A stretch of DNA of 64,000 nt from Eubacteriales bacterium (GTDB lineage: Bacteria; Bacillota; Clostridia; Oscillospirales; CAG-382), in NCBI GenBank assembly GCA_041672465.1, contig JBAYZO010000007.1, forward strand, positions 367 to 64,366. Direction: 5' to 3'. Position 1 is the first letter of the stretch. Each line of letters opens with the position of its first letter. The translations under genes and the position numbers were made by a program. The notes under the pieces were generated by a model. It saw only the letters and a program-made list of their open reading frames with translations. It was not told the DNA's origin and ran no database searches. Positions 9,451 through 17,650 of this stretch are shown here, piece by piece.

Positions 9451-9507
9451 TTGTGGTTTCAAAACCACAAAGATAAAAACTTGCAGCTGAAAAATTTATT
9501 TTTCAGC
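9451..9507 (-). terminator. two tandem hairpins after the upstream csp gene
   Basis: GCTGAAAAAT/ATTTTTCAGC (9486-9507) and TTGTGGTTT/AAACCACAA (9451-9470), each followed by a T-rich tract on the minus strand. Confidence 0.55.
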
Positions 9508-9509
9508 AT

Positions 9510-11201
9510 TTATTCACGGTATAATATAAGGTTATCCATCGTGGCTATCAGATCCAAAAGCCCATACCCCCATGATGAGTTGGGGTAGCTCACCGGGAAG
9601 GTTCTATTCGCGTTCCTGCAAAGGAAGGCTTTTACCTTCTGCCCGAATAAAAACACGTCGTTTTGGCGCACAATCCCCCACTCCATCATAAGAGCGGCGG
9701 CTCCCGTGACAAACGGCGCGGCAATGCTCGTTCCGGTAAACGTGTCGTACCCGCCGCCCACGGAAGTGGTCAGCACCGTGTCGCCCGGAGCGATAAGATC
9801 TGGCTTTTGGCCGTAAACAATATAAGGGAGCCCGCGGCCCGAAAAAAACGCGCAGGTGTTTTGTATCCCCGAATATCCGCCAACCGAAATAACGCTGAAC
9901 GCCGTCGCCGGTATTGAAAGGGTGTTTTCGGGGTTCGGCACTAAAAAAGCGGTTTTTTCAGTCACCATATCTGTCATTGGCAGCCAAATATTGATCCTGC
10001 CGTCGACAATAATTATCCCTTTTACGGTGAGCCGCCAGATTTCCGGTCTCATGGGGCCGCCTATGCCCTCCATTGTTATATATATTTCCTGACTGAAATT
10101 ATAATGCGTGGGCATTCCGAAAAGTACCGTCACCCTCACGTTGTCAAGCACAACGCGTGTGGCGCGGTTTACCGCGCTGATAACGCCCGACGATTGCCCA
10201 GAGGGGGATATCAGCTCTATTTCAAAGGTGTCGGCAAAATTCTTCCAAAACGTCAGGTAGAGCTGTCTTATGTTTTCACCTATGGAATACTCAATGCTTT
10301 GGGTGGCGTTTTGAGCAATTACTCCGTAATAGTGATGCCCCGCGGAACGCTCGTTCCCCGCCGCCACGCAAATAACCGTTTTCCACCGAGTGGACGCCGA
10401 ATCAAGGTACCCCTCAAACAAAGACGTGCCGTTATGAGCGCCGTCGTTGGTTCCGTAGCTTATGTTAATGGCGATGGGCATTTCAAGACCGACCGCCATA
10501 TCAATGCAAAACTTAACCCCCCGCATTATCGCGGTGCTTCTGGCGAACCCGGGCTCGACGTCTTCTTTTAGCTTAACCACCACAATCCCGGCTTGGGGGG
10601 CGACCCCGCTGTCCTCGCCGTTGCTTGAACGCCCGTTTCCCGCCGCGACTCCCGCGACTGCCGTCCCGTGGCCGAGGTTGTCAACCTCCGGCACAACAGC
10701 GGCGGGGTCGTCGCTTGTAAGGGCGAGGTCAATGTCTTCTTTTGTGTAGAGATGCCCGCTTATAAAGCCGTGCGGAGGCGAGCCTTCCGCGTTTTGATCC
10801 CACATATAAAGTATTCGGGTTTTTCCGTCGGATGTCCTGAAGTCGGGGTGAGTGTAGTCGATACCCGAATCAATTATCCCCACAAGCACTCCCGCGCCGT
10901 TTAAATTATATCCCCTCTCCTGCTGAACGTTTGTCACCCCCGTCAGGTTAAGGCTCCGCCTCAGCTGAAAAGTCAATGTTTTGGGGAGTTCGTAAAACTC
11001 CACTTCGTTTATGGTTAAGAGCTGGGGTAATTTATAGACGGGGATAACAATTATGGCGTAATTTTCGTTAAGCTCTTCCGCTTCCGCGGATAGCGACTGC
11101 GCGATATTGGCAAGACTGCCGTGATATTTAATGATTACCTCCACTTGTTCTTCGGGGTTAAGCCCCGGCAGCTGCCTGAGCAGGCGTTCTTGCGTATCCA
11201 T
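9510..11201 (-). CDS. Csp-type subtilisin-like germination protease (CspB-like), triad intact
   Basis: Asp VGIIDSGIDYTHPDF, His GHGTAVAGVAAGNG, Ser GTSIAAPFVTGAAALM. RBS GAAGGAGA. Divergent from sleC. Confidence 0.85.
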   Translation of the reverse strand: MDTQERLLRQLPGLNPEEQVEVIIKYHGSLANIAQSLSAEAEELNENYAIIVIPVYKLPQLLTINEVEFYELPKTLTFQLRRSLNLTGVTNVQQERGYNLNGAGVLVGIIDSGIDYTHPDFRTSDGKTRILYMWDQNAEGSPPHGFISGHLYTKEDIDLALTSDDPAAVVPEVDNLGHGTAVAGVAAGNGRSSNGEDSGVAPQAGIVVVKLKEDVEPGFARSTAIMRGVKFCIDMAVGLEMPIAINISYGTNDGAHNGTSLFEGYLDSASTRWKTVICVAAGNERSAGHHYYGVIAQNATQSIEYSIGENIRQLYLTFWKNFADTFEIELISPSGQSSGVISAVNRATRVVLDNVRVTVLFGMPTHYNFSQEIYITMEGIGGPMRPEIWRLTVKGIIIVDGRINIWLPMTDMVTEKTAFLVPNPENTLSIPATAFSVISVGGYSGIQNTCAFFSGRGLPYIVYGQKPDLIAPGDTVLTTSVGGGYDTFTGTSIAAPFVTGAAALMMEWGIVRQNDVFLFGQKVKAFLCRNANRTFPVSYPNSSWGYGLLDLIATMDNLILYRE

Positions 11202-11302
11202 TTTCAGTCTCCTTCGGCGCGGTTTGGTTTAACGGAATAAAATAACGGGTTGGACATATTTATATATATGTAAGCATATTACTTTTTTATAGAGGTGATT
11301 TT

Positions 11303-12547
11303 TTGAACAATCAAATAAACTTGACAGACACCGGACTTCTCAACGTAAACGTCACCGCCGTCCGCAATTCCATGCCCGTTCCGGAGGCAAAGGTGCGGAT
11401 ATACGAAGCCGACAAGCTGCTTGAAGAGCTCGACACCGATTCCGCTGGGCAGACGGTCACGGTTGAGCTTGGCGCCCCGCCGTTTGAGCTCTCCCAAGAG
11501 CCGTCGGAAATCAAGCCGTATTCCGTATACAACGTCGATATTGTGGCGCCCGGTTTTGAAAGAGTGTTCGTCGACGGCGTTCAAATACTCCCGCGGACAA
11601 CGGCGATTCAAGAAGTGAAGATGATACCGATTCCCGATACCGAAGACGAGGAAACTCAGCTTATCAACATAGCGCCAAACACGCTTTTTGGCGACTTCCC
11701 GCCTAAGATTCCCGAAGAAGAGGTTAAACCGCTCCCCGACGGCAGGGGATTTATTGTGCTGTCCGAACCTGTTATCCCCGAATTTATGGTGGTGCATTTG
11801 GGAGTGCCCAACGACGCCACGGCAAAAAATGTCTGGGTGCCGTTTAAGGATTATATCGCGAACGTCGCCTGCTGCGAGATATACTCGACTTGGACTCCCG
11901 AAACAATTAAGGCAAACATTCTCGCCATTCTTTCATTCGCCCTCAACAGGGTGTATACCGAATGGTACCGCGGAAAGGGATTTTCTTTTACAATCACAAA
12001 CAGCACCGCTTATGACCAGTTTTATGACCACGGGCGGAACCTTTACAGGAATATCCAAAGGATAGTCGACGAAATTTTCACCACTTACATAACGCGGCCG
12101 GGAATCCGCCAGCCCCTTTTTACCCAGTTTTGCGACGGAGTAAGGTCAACATGCCGGGGAATGTCGCAGTGGGGTTCAAAGCAGTTGGGGGATTCGGGTC
12201 TTGACGCGCTGTCGATACTCCGCAACTTTTACGGGAACGATATTTACCTCGCGCAGGCGGCAAAAGTTCAGGGCGTGCCCATGTCTTACCCCGGCGAGCC
12301 GCTGAGGGTGGGTTCGGAAGGCCTTGACGTAAGGCTTATTCAAACTCAGCTCAACAGTATTTCAAACAACTACCCCATGATACCCAAGCTTGCGGTCGAC
12401 GGAATTTACGGCCCCAAGACCGAAGAATCGGTGAGAACCTTCCAGCAGATATTTTATCTCCCCCTCTCCGGGGTAGTCGACTTTGCCACATGGTACCAGA
12501 TATCAAATATTTATGTGGCGGTGACAAGGCTTTCTGAGTTTGGCTGA
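11303..12547 (+). CDS. sleC: spore cortex-lytic enzyme SleC (pre-pro form)
   Basis: TTG start 5 nt after AGAGGTG. The N-terminal beta-sandwich pre/pro region (LLNVNVTAVRNSMPVPEAKVRIYE...PYSVYNVDIVAPGFE) resembles SleC. The central region has NVACCEIYSTWTPETIKANILAILSFALNRVYTEWYR...SQWGS. The C-terminus is a PG_binding_1 repeat (GSEGLDVRLIQTQLN...VDGIYGPKTEESVRTFQ). Confidence 0.8.
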   Translation: MNNQINLTDTGLLNVNVTAVRNSMPVPEAKVRIYEADKLLEELDTDSAGQTVTVELGAPPFELSQEPSEIKPYSVYNVDIVAPGFERVFVDGVQILPRTTAIQEVKMIPIPDTEDEETQLINIAPNTLFGDFPPKIPEEEVKPLPDGRGFIVLSEPVIPEFMVVHLGVPNDATAKNVWVPFKDYIANVACCEIYSTWTPETIKANILAILSFALNRVYTEWYRGKGFSFTITNSTAYDQFYDHGRNLYRNIQRIVDEIFTTYITRPGIRQPLFTQFCDGVRSTCRGMSQWGSKQLGDSGLDALSILRNFYGNDIYLAQAAKVQGVPMSYPGEPLRVGSEGLDVRLIQTQLNSISNNYPMIPKLAVDGIYGPKTEESVRTFQQIFYLPLSGVVDFATWYQISNIYVAVTRLSEFG

Positions 12548-12550
12548 AAT

Positions 12551-13483
12551 TTATTTCATACGCAGTCTTCGCTCGGAGAGATAAATATTTGTCCTTAAAA
12601 CCCTTTCGTTTTTAACCTTGACCCATTGGTTTTTGGGTAAAAAGTGTTCGTGCCGCACGCAAACGCAAAACATAAAAGGCGGTTTATCTTCCTCGGAGAG
12701 GTTGAGCGGGAGCTCTATGGGGATTGATAAACCCCTTGCGTTTGTCTTGCCGCGGTAAACGGGCATATGCCTGCCATGAGTTCCGTAATACACAAGCAGG
12801 TCGGCGTTTGAAACGCCCGAAGTTTTATCGTCTTCTTTTCCCACAAACACATATAAATTGCAAAAATTTCTCCTCCCCTGCGGGTAAAGCTGGAAGAACG
12901 GGCTTCTTTTCAAGGTTTCCTCACCTCCGGGCGTTCTCTCAAATGTTTCGGCAATGCCTTTCGCGATCCCGACAGCGCATTGTTCCGGGTTGTTTGACAC
13001 AAAAGTAAAATCTCTCTTATTTGTAATAAACCCCATGTTCAAAGTCATCGCGGGCATTTTAAGTCTATGTAGCAGAGCGTCGCCCCTTGCCTTAACGCCG
13101 CGGTTTTGACATTTTGAAACTTGGCTGAACCCCTCAAGCACGTTTTTGGCGAGCTTTGTTATCTCTCCCATCGGTTTTGCCACCATTGCTTCTACACCGT
13201 TGGCGTATGGGTCGCTTGACGAGGCAAGTCGAAGACTAATAAAATAATCGGCGCCCCAGTCGTTGGCGTCCGCCGCGCGGGAAGCGAACGAAGTCTGTTT
13301 TGCCATTACCGGTTCGGTAGCGGCATCCGAGCGCGACAATTTTATCTCATACCCCCGCGCCTCCAGCGAAGCGGCGAGGTGAACGCCGATTTCATAGGTT
13401 AAATCTTCTTCTTCCCTGCCGTCGGGCGACGATTTCGTATCATACCCTTTTGGGTTAAACCCTTGGTCAATGTATATTTTCAC
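12551..13483 (-). CDS. Amidase_3 (CwlD-like) domain protein with degenerate active site plus a C-terminal beta-sandwich domain
   Basis: GTG start 8 nt after AAAGGAG. The fold motifs are present but substituted: IDQGFNP for IDxGHGG, ADYFISLRLAS for SIHxN, and LNMGFITN for VExGF. Confidence 0.7.
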   Translation of the reverse strand: MKIYIDQGFNPKGYDTKSSPDGREEEDLTYEIGVHLAASLEARGYEIKLSRSDAATEPVMAKQTSFASRAADANDWGADYFISLRLASSSDPYANGVEAMVAKPMGEITKLAKNVLEGFSQVSKCQNRGVKARGDALLHRLKMPAMTLNMGFITNKRDFTFVSNNPEQCAVGIAKGIAETFERTPGGEETLKRSPFFQLYPQGRRNFCNLYVFVGKEDDKTSGVSNADLLVYYGTHGRHMPVYRGKTNARGLSIPIELPLNLSEEDKPPFMFCVCVRHEHFLPKNQWVKVKNERVLRTNIYLSERRLRMK

Positions 13484-13649
13484 TCAAATCGCTCCTTTAT
13501 TTCTCTATAATTGAGTATATGGGAAAACAGCCCAAACTGACAAAGACGGGAGTATATTGTCAAAGAATGATTAATAACGCGCTTAAAAAGCCAAAATACA
13601 ATATAACGAAAAATTATAACGCTTTTAATAAGCGGAAAGGAAAATTGAA

Positions 13650-13760
13650 ATGGCAAAGCAGGGAATGAAAAGACCCGAAACAACAAATGACAAAAGCAAA
13701 AGCAAATCAAATAAATCCCCCCCGAAAACAATTAAAGCCAAAAGCGGGGGAAAAAGCTAA
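13650..13760 (+). CDS. small basic ORF (36 aa, MAKQGMKRPETTNDKSKSKSNKSPPKTIKAKSGGKS), hypothetical
   Basis: Below the ORF-track size cut-off. The ATG lies about 8 nt after GGAAAGGAAA, and the stop abuts the hairpin terminator at 13764-13785. Confidence 0.4.
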   Translation: MAKQGMKRPETTNDKSKSKSNKSPPKTIKAKSGGKS

Positions 13761-13790
13761 AAAAAGCACCCGTCCGAGGGTGCTTTAATA
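13760..13790. terminator. bidirectional hairpin terminator (small ORF / cotJC)
   Basis: AAGCACCC (13764-13771) pairs with GGGTGCTT (13778-13785), flanked by an A-run and a T-run. Confidence 0.7.
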
Positions 13791-13811
13791 TTTATATATT
13801 TAAATACACTT

Positions 13812-14429
13812 TTACGAGCTTGACCTTGTGAGGTTTACGTCATACGCCGGGTTATAGCCGTAGAAGTTCTTTGAGTTAAGGTTATCCTGAATCACCCTAA
13901 GCCCGTCGCCAAAGCGCTGGAAATGGGTTATCTCGCGCTGGCGGAGAAAGCGGATGGGGTCAATTACGTCGGGGTCGTCCGCGAAGCGGAGGATATTGTC
14001 ATATGTGGTCCTCGCCTTTTGCTCGGCGGCCATGTCCTCAAATATATCTGTCAGCGGGTCTCCCTTTGACTGGAACGCCATGGCGTTAAACGGTATGCCG
14101 CCGGCCGACACGGGGTAAATTCCGGTGGTGTGGTCAACAAAATATGCGTCAAAGCCGGCCGCCATTATTTCCTCCGGAGACAGGTTCCGCGTGAGCTGAT
14201 ACACAATGGTGCAGACAATTTCTTGATGCGCCATTTCCTCCGTGCCAATATCGGTAAGTATGCCGACAACTTCTTTATACGGCATTGTGTACCTCTGCGA
14301 CAAATACCTCAGCGCCGCGCCAAGCTCGCCGTCGGGGCCGCCGTACTGCGTCATAACTATCTTCGCGAGCGCGGGGTTTGGATTTTTAATGTTTACCGGG
14401 TACTGCAATTTCTTTTCATATTCCCACAT
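13812..14429 (-). CDS. cotJC: spore coat protein CotJC (manganese-catalase-like)
   Basis: MWEYEKKLQYPV...YGGPDGELGAALRYLSQRY...EEMAHQEIV is the typical CotJC/Mn-catalase pattern. Its start overlaps the cotJB stop. Confidence 0.9.
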   Translation of the reverse strand: MWEYEKKLQYPVNIKNPNPALAKIVMTQYGGPDGELGAALRYLSQRYTMPYKEVVGILTDIGTEEMAHQEIVCTIVYQLTRNLSPEEIMAAGFDAYFVDHTTGIYPVSAGGIPFNAMAFQSKGDPLTDIFEDMAAEQKARTTYDNILRFADDPDVIDPIRFLRQREITHFQRFGDGLRVIQDNLNSKNFYGYNPAYDVNLTRSSS

Positions 14430-14692
14430 TACTCATTGCCCTCCCTTTCGTTCTGCCAGGGCCAGGGCTCGTTTATCCAAGTCCAGGTGTCCTGTTTTAC
14501 GTTCTCGGCCGTAACGGGCCCGAACTGCGTGGCGTATTGGTTGTAGATTTCCTTTTGTTCTTCCTGAACTGTCTTGTAATAGTCAAGTGCCTTTTTATTG
14601 TTTGGGTGACCGTCTAAATAAAGCACGGTTTCATGTATCACAAAGTCAATGTCCATAAGCTTTTTTAAAAGCTCTCTTCTTGTCATGTTCAT
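14429..14692 (-). CDS. cotJB: spore coat protein CotJB
   Basis: 87 aa. LLKKLMDIDFVIHETVLYLDGHPNNKKALDYY is the CotJB signature. It lies between cotJA and cotJC with overlapping stops and starts. Confidence 0.85.
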   Translation of the reverse strand: MNMTRRELLKKLMDIDFVIHETVLYLDGHPNNKKALDYYKTVQEEQKEIYNQYATQFGPVTAENVKQDTWTWINEPWPWQNEREGNE

Positions 14693-15030
14693 CTTCGTAT
14701 CACCTTGCTCCCTGAAAATGTTTTTACAAGGTTTCTAAACAGCGACCCGTTGTCGAGCGCGTCCGAATAAGAAGTAAAGAGGTCGTCAAACTCCTGATAC
14801 GGCACATACGCCATCGCCAGCGACTGCCCCGGTATCATTTGATTGTTTTGATTATTCGGGTCTCGGTCTCTGTTTTGATCCGGAACGTTGTTTTTGGTTT
14901 TATCAATTCCTTGATTTTTGTTTTCCTGTTCTTTCGTCAGCTCCTCCGGGCGCGGGCATTCTATTCTTTGCGCGGGTTTTAGGGGGCCTAAATCTTCCTC
15001 AAACCCGGGCTGTAAATCAAAAAGCGTCAT
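14689..15030 (-). CDS. cotJA: spore coat-associated protein CotJA
   Basis: C-terminal LAMAYVPYQEFDDLFTSYSDALDNGSLFRNL is the CotJA signature. It is the first gene of the cotJABC order. Confidence 0.8.
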   Translation of the reverse strand: MTLFDLQPGFEEDLGPLKPAQRIECPRPEELTKEQENKNQGIDKTKNNVPDQNRDRDPNNQNNQMIPGQSLAMAYVPYQEFDDLFTSYSDALDNGSLFRNLVKTFSGSKVIRR

Positions 15031-15066
15031 CTATGCGATCATATCCTTTCATTTTACTTTTCGTTT

Positions 15067-15094
15067 TTGCCCCTGCCTTGCGGGGCACGGGCAA
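15067..15094. promoter_or_regulatory. GC-rich hairpin in the cotJA upstream region
   Basis: TTGCCCCTGCC pairs with GGCACGGGCAA, giving 10 bp with one mismatch and a 6-nt loop. No U-run on either strand. It lies 37-64 nt upstream of the cotJA ATG. Confidence 0.3.
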
Positions 15095-15300
15095 ACATAA
15101 GCGCGGAATCGCTTTATTTCTCCGCTGTTAAAAGGATATGCGAAGCTGTCGAAAAAAGTCAAAGAAAGCGCAACTTTGTGGCGAATTTCAAGTTTAGCGG
15201 CGCTTTTTTGGCAAAGCGTATCAAACCGAGGGATTTTGGGAAAATAAGAAAAGCGCGAAGCGCCAAAAAAATGTGTAATAAAAGAAAGGCAAATATAGAT

Positions 15301-15510
15301 ATGGACGAAGAAATTGTAAGAAAAGAACAGACAGAAAAAAAGTCAAAAGAATCAAAGCCCTGTCCGCACTGCGCTCCAAGACCTAAAAAAACCGCCACCG
15401 ACAACGAGTGGACGCTGCAAAACGCCGGGGAGGGTTCGGGTTATCCCTTTAATAAAAATCAAACCGACGCTTCCCACGGGGAAAGACGGGACGGCCCGGG
15501 GGGAAACTAA
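15301..15510 (+). CDS. hypothetical small charged protein (69 aa)
   Basis: Internal ATG of ORF 15067..15510, 11 nt after AAAGAAAGG. Sequence MDEEIVRKEQTEKKSKESKPCPHCAPRPKK.... A terminator lies at 15579-15622. No family recognised. Confidence 0.35.
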   Translation: MDEEIVRKEQTEKKSKESKPCPHCAPRPKKTATDNEWTLQNAGEGSGYPFNKNQTDASHGERRDGPGGN

Positions 15511-15578
15511 AAACTTTAAAGCTCTTTAGCGAATCTTTTATCTTTTAACTTCCTTTTTTAAGTTTATAACGGTAATTT

Positions 15579-15622
15579 ACGCGTTTTCCGAGTGGCCAAA
15601 AAGCAGGGAAACGCGTTTTTTT
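15579..15622 (+). terminator. rho-independent terminator
   Basis: ACGCGTTTTCC pairs with GGAAACGCGT (1-nt bulge), followed by TTTTTT. Confidence 0.65.
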
Positions 15623-15703
15623 AGTTAATAAAAGAGGTTAACATACCCGATTTTCAAACAAAATTTGTTTACAAAAAAGCAAAAAAATAACCCTTTCGGG
15701 TTC

Positions 15704-15732
15704 TTGATTTTCGCTTTTCAAAGGAGTATAAT
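15704..15732 (+). promoter_or_regulatory. sigma-A type promoter
   Basis: TTGATT (15704-15709), 17-nt spacer, TATAAT (15727-15732). Confidence 0.5.
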
Positions 15733-15784
15733 CTGCCGTTAAAATAATTTATCCTGCCGAAACGGAAGTACATAAAACAAAAGC

Positions 15785-16930
15785 ATGAATTATACAGTGC
15801 CAAGCTATTTAAAAAATTTTCACTGCAAGGGCGGCGCCTGCGGGCATTCCTGCTGTGAGGGGTGGACGGTTTCAATCAGCGAAAAAGAATATTTTTCACT
15901 TTTAGGGCTTAAAGCTTCCGAGAGTTTAAAATCAAAACTCGATTTCGCCCTTAAGGTCAAGGATTTTCCCACCAAGGCGTCCTACGCCATTATCGACAAA
16001 GACTATACCGGGGTATGCCGTCTTCACGGCGAGAATGGGCTGTGTTTGCTGCAAGCAGAGCTCGGTGAGGGGGTTTTGCCTGAGATTTGCAGGATTTACC
16101 CAAGAAAAGCCGAAAAAGCGGGGATGCTACTTAAATGCGCTTGCGCCAACAGCTGTGAGGAAACGGTTGAGGTGTTGCTCGGCAGCCGCGATGAAAACTT
16201 CTTTGAGGAAATTGATCTTCCGCTCTCGCCGGACGTTTTTACCTGCTTTTCGGAAGACGAAATATCCCTATCAAGGCAGTTTGCGGAAAAGTTCAGGGAA
16301 AAAGAAAATATCACGCAATGTAAAACCCAAATTAAAACAAAAACCATTGAGGAAAAGTTTTATGATATAGCCAAAGCTTTGTTTGGCGGGGTTTATGATA
16401 TGCCGCAAGGATTTTCTAAGCACGACTTTTCAAATGGATTTATTAACGCGGTGCTTCTCACAAAATCTTTGGGGCTAAACAGCCCAAGCGTTTCGGAGTA
16501 TTGCAAAAAAACGCTTGAGGTATTAGGATTAGATAAGGACGGCAGCTTTAGCGGCGGAGAAGAAAAATACCTTTTCGCGCGGGAGAGCTTTTACACTTCC
16601 TTTAAAAACTGGGAGACGGCTTTTGAAAACCTCTTTGCCAACCATATTTTTTATACCGACTTCCCTTTTAGCGGGGACACAAAAACCGCCGGTTTCGCCG
16701 AAGTTTCGTTCGGCGGTTTAGCGGCGGCTTACGCGATTGTTAAACTCAACCTTGTGTGCTGTTTTTTTGAACTTGGCAGTTCCCTTTCGGTTTCCGGGCT
16801 TATCTCGTCGTTCTTTCGGCTTATCGAACACACCGCGTTTGAAATCAACGCGATTAAAACGATCGGAAAAAACGAAAACACAAATAGCGAAGAAAGGCTT
16901 AAAACTTTTTTATCTCTCACTTGTATATGA
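15785..16930 (+). CDS. FliB/YkgJ-family cysteine-cluster protein (flagellin lysine-N-methylase-like)
   Basis: N-terminal FHCKGGACGHSCCEGW, and later GVCRLHGENGLCLLQAELGEGVLPEICRIYPR. This is the CxxCxxCC family pattern. Confidence 0.6.
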   Translation: MNYTVPSYLKNFHCKGGACGHSCCEGWTVSISEKEYFSLLGLKASESLKSKLDFALKVKDFPTKASYAIIDKDYTGVCRLHGENGLCLLQAELGEGVLPEICRIYPRKAEKAGMLLKCACANSCEETVEVLLGSRDENFFEEIDLPLSPDVFTCFSEDEISLSRQFAEKFREKENITQCKTQIKTKTIEEKFYDIAKALFGGVYDMPQGFSKHDFSNGFINAVLLTKSLGLNSPSVSEYCKKTLEVLGLDKDGSFSGGEEKYLFARESFYTSFKNWETAFENLFANHIFYTDFPFSGDTKTAGFAEVSFGGLAAAYAIVKLNLVCCFFELGSSLSVSGLISSFFRLIEHTAFEINAIKTIGKNENTNSEERLKTFLSLTCI

Positions 16931-16932
16931 CA

Positions 16933-17595
16933 TTATGTTAACAAGGTCGCAAGCATCGCGGCTTCTGGAACAAGTATGTCGGCTCCGGCGCTAATGAGCT
17001 CTTCCCTGCCGCCGTAGCCGTACAGCACCCCCGCCGATGAAACTCCCGCTTTTTTCGCCCCGGCTATGTCGTGGAACCTGTCGCCGACCATGACGGCGTT
17101 CTTCCCCGCTTTAACGCCGAGGTTTTGAAGCGCGAAAGCAATGAGTTCCGATTTTTCGGTTCGGCTGCCGTCGATGTTTGAGCCCGCCAAAAATTCAAAA
17201 TATTTGTCAAGGTAAAACCTGCTTATTATTTTTTTCGCGAATTTCTCTGATTTTGTGGTCGCCACCGCAAGCCTTGCGCCCGACGCCTTTAATGTTTTAA
17301 GACAGTCTTCCACGCCGGGGTATGTCTTGTTTTCGTAAATTCCTTTTTCGGCGTAATATTCGCGAAACAGCTCTATTGCGCCGGTAACCTCCCCGGGCGA
17401 AACTCCAAACTCCAAAAAGCTTTCTTCAAGCGGAGGGCCGATTTTTGAACGTAATACTTTTTCCGGCGGGACAGGCAGCCCTTTAGCGTTCAGAGCGTAT
17501 GTCAGCGAATTAATAATCCCCTCCGCCGAATCTGTAAGCGTGCCGTCAAGGTCAAAAATTATTGTTTCAAATTTTAATTTTTGAATGTTTTTCAT
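16933..17595 (-). CDS. HAD-family hydrolase (phosphoglycolate phosphatase/PpaX-like)
   Basis: Motif I IIFDLDGTLTDS, motif II ATTKS, motif IV VGDRFHDIAGAKKAG. Confidence 0.8.
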   Translation of the reverse strand: MKNIQKLKFETIIFDLDGTLTDSAEGIINSLTYALNAKGLPVPPEKVLRSKIGPPLEESFLEFGVSPGEVTGAIELFREYYAEKGIYENKTYPGVEDCLKTLKASGARLAVATTKSEKFAKKIISRFYLDKYFEFLAGSNIDGSRTEKSELIAFALQNLGVKAGKNAVMVGDRFHDIAGAKKAGVSSAGVLYGYGGREELISAGADILVPEAAMLATLLT

Positions 17596-17650
17596 TGTGT
17601 CTCGCTTTTTTATGTCTTTATAAAATCTTCCGGCAGAGCCGGAAGTTTTT

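Noticed and set aside
6541-13483. Idea that the holin-like gene marks a prophage remnant.
   Set aside because: No capsid, tail, terminase, integrase, endolysin or att-like repeats were seen. The neighbours are csp, sleC and cotJ sporulation genes.
13480-13731. 83-aa minus-strand ORF in the amidase-cotJC spacer.
   Set aside because: It has a Phe/Leu-rich low-complexity translation and no RBS. It overlaps the better-supported plus-strand 36-aa ORF and its RBS.
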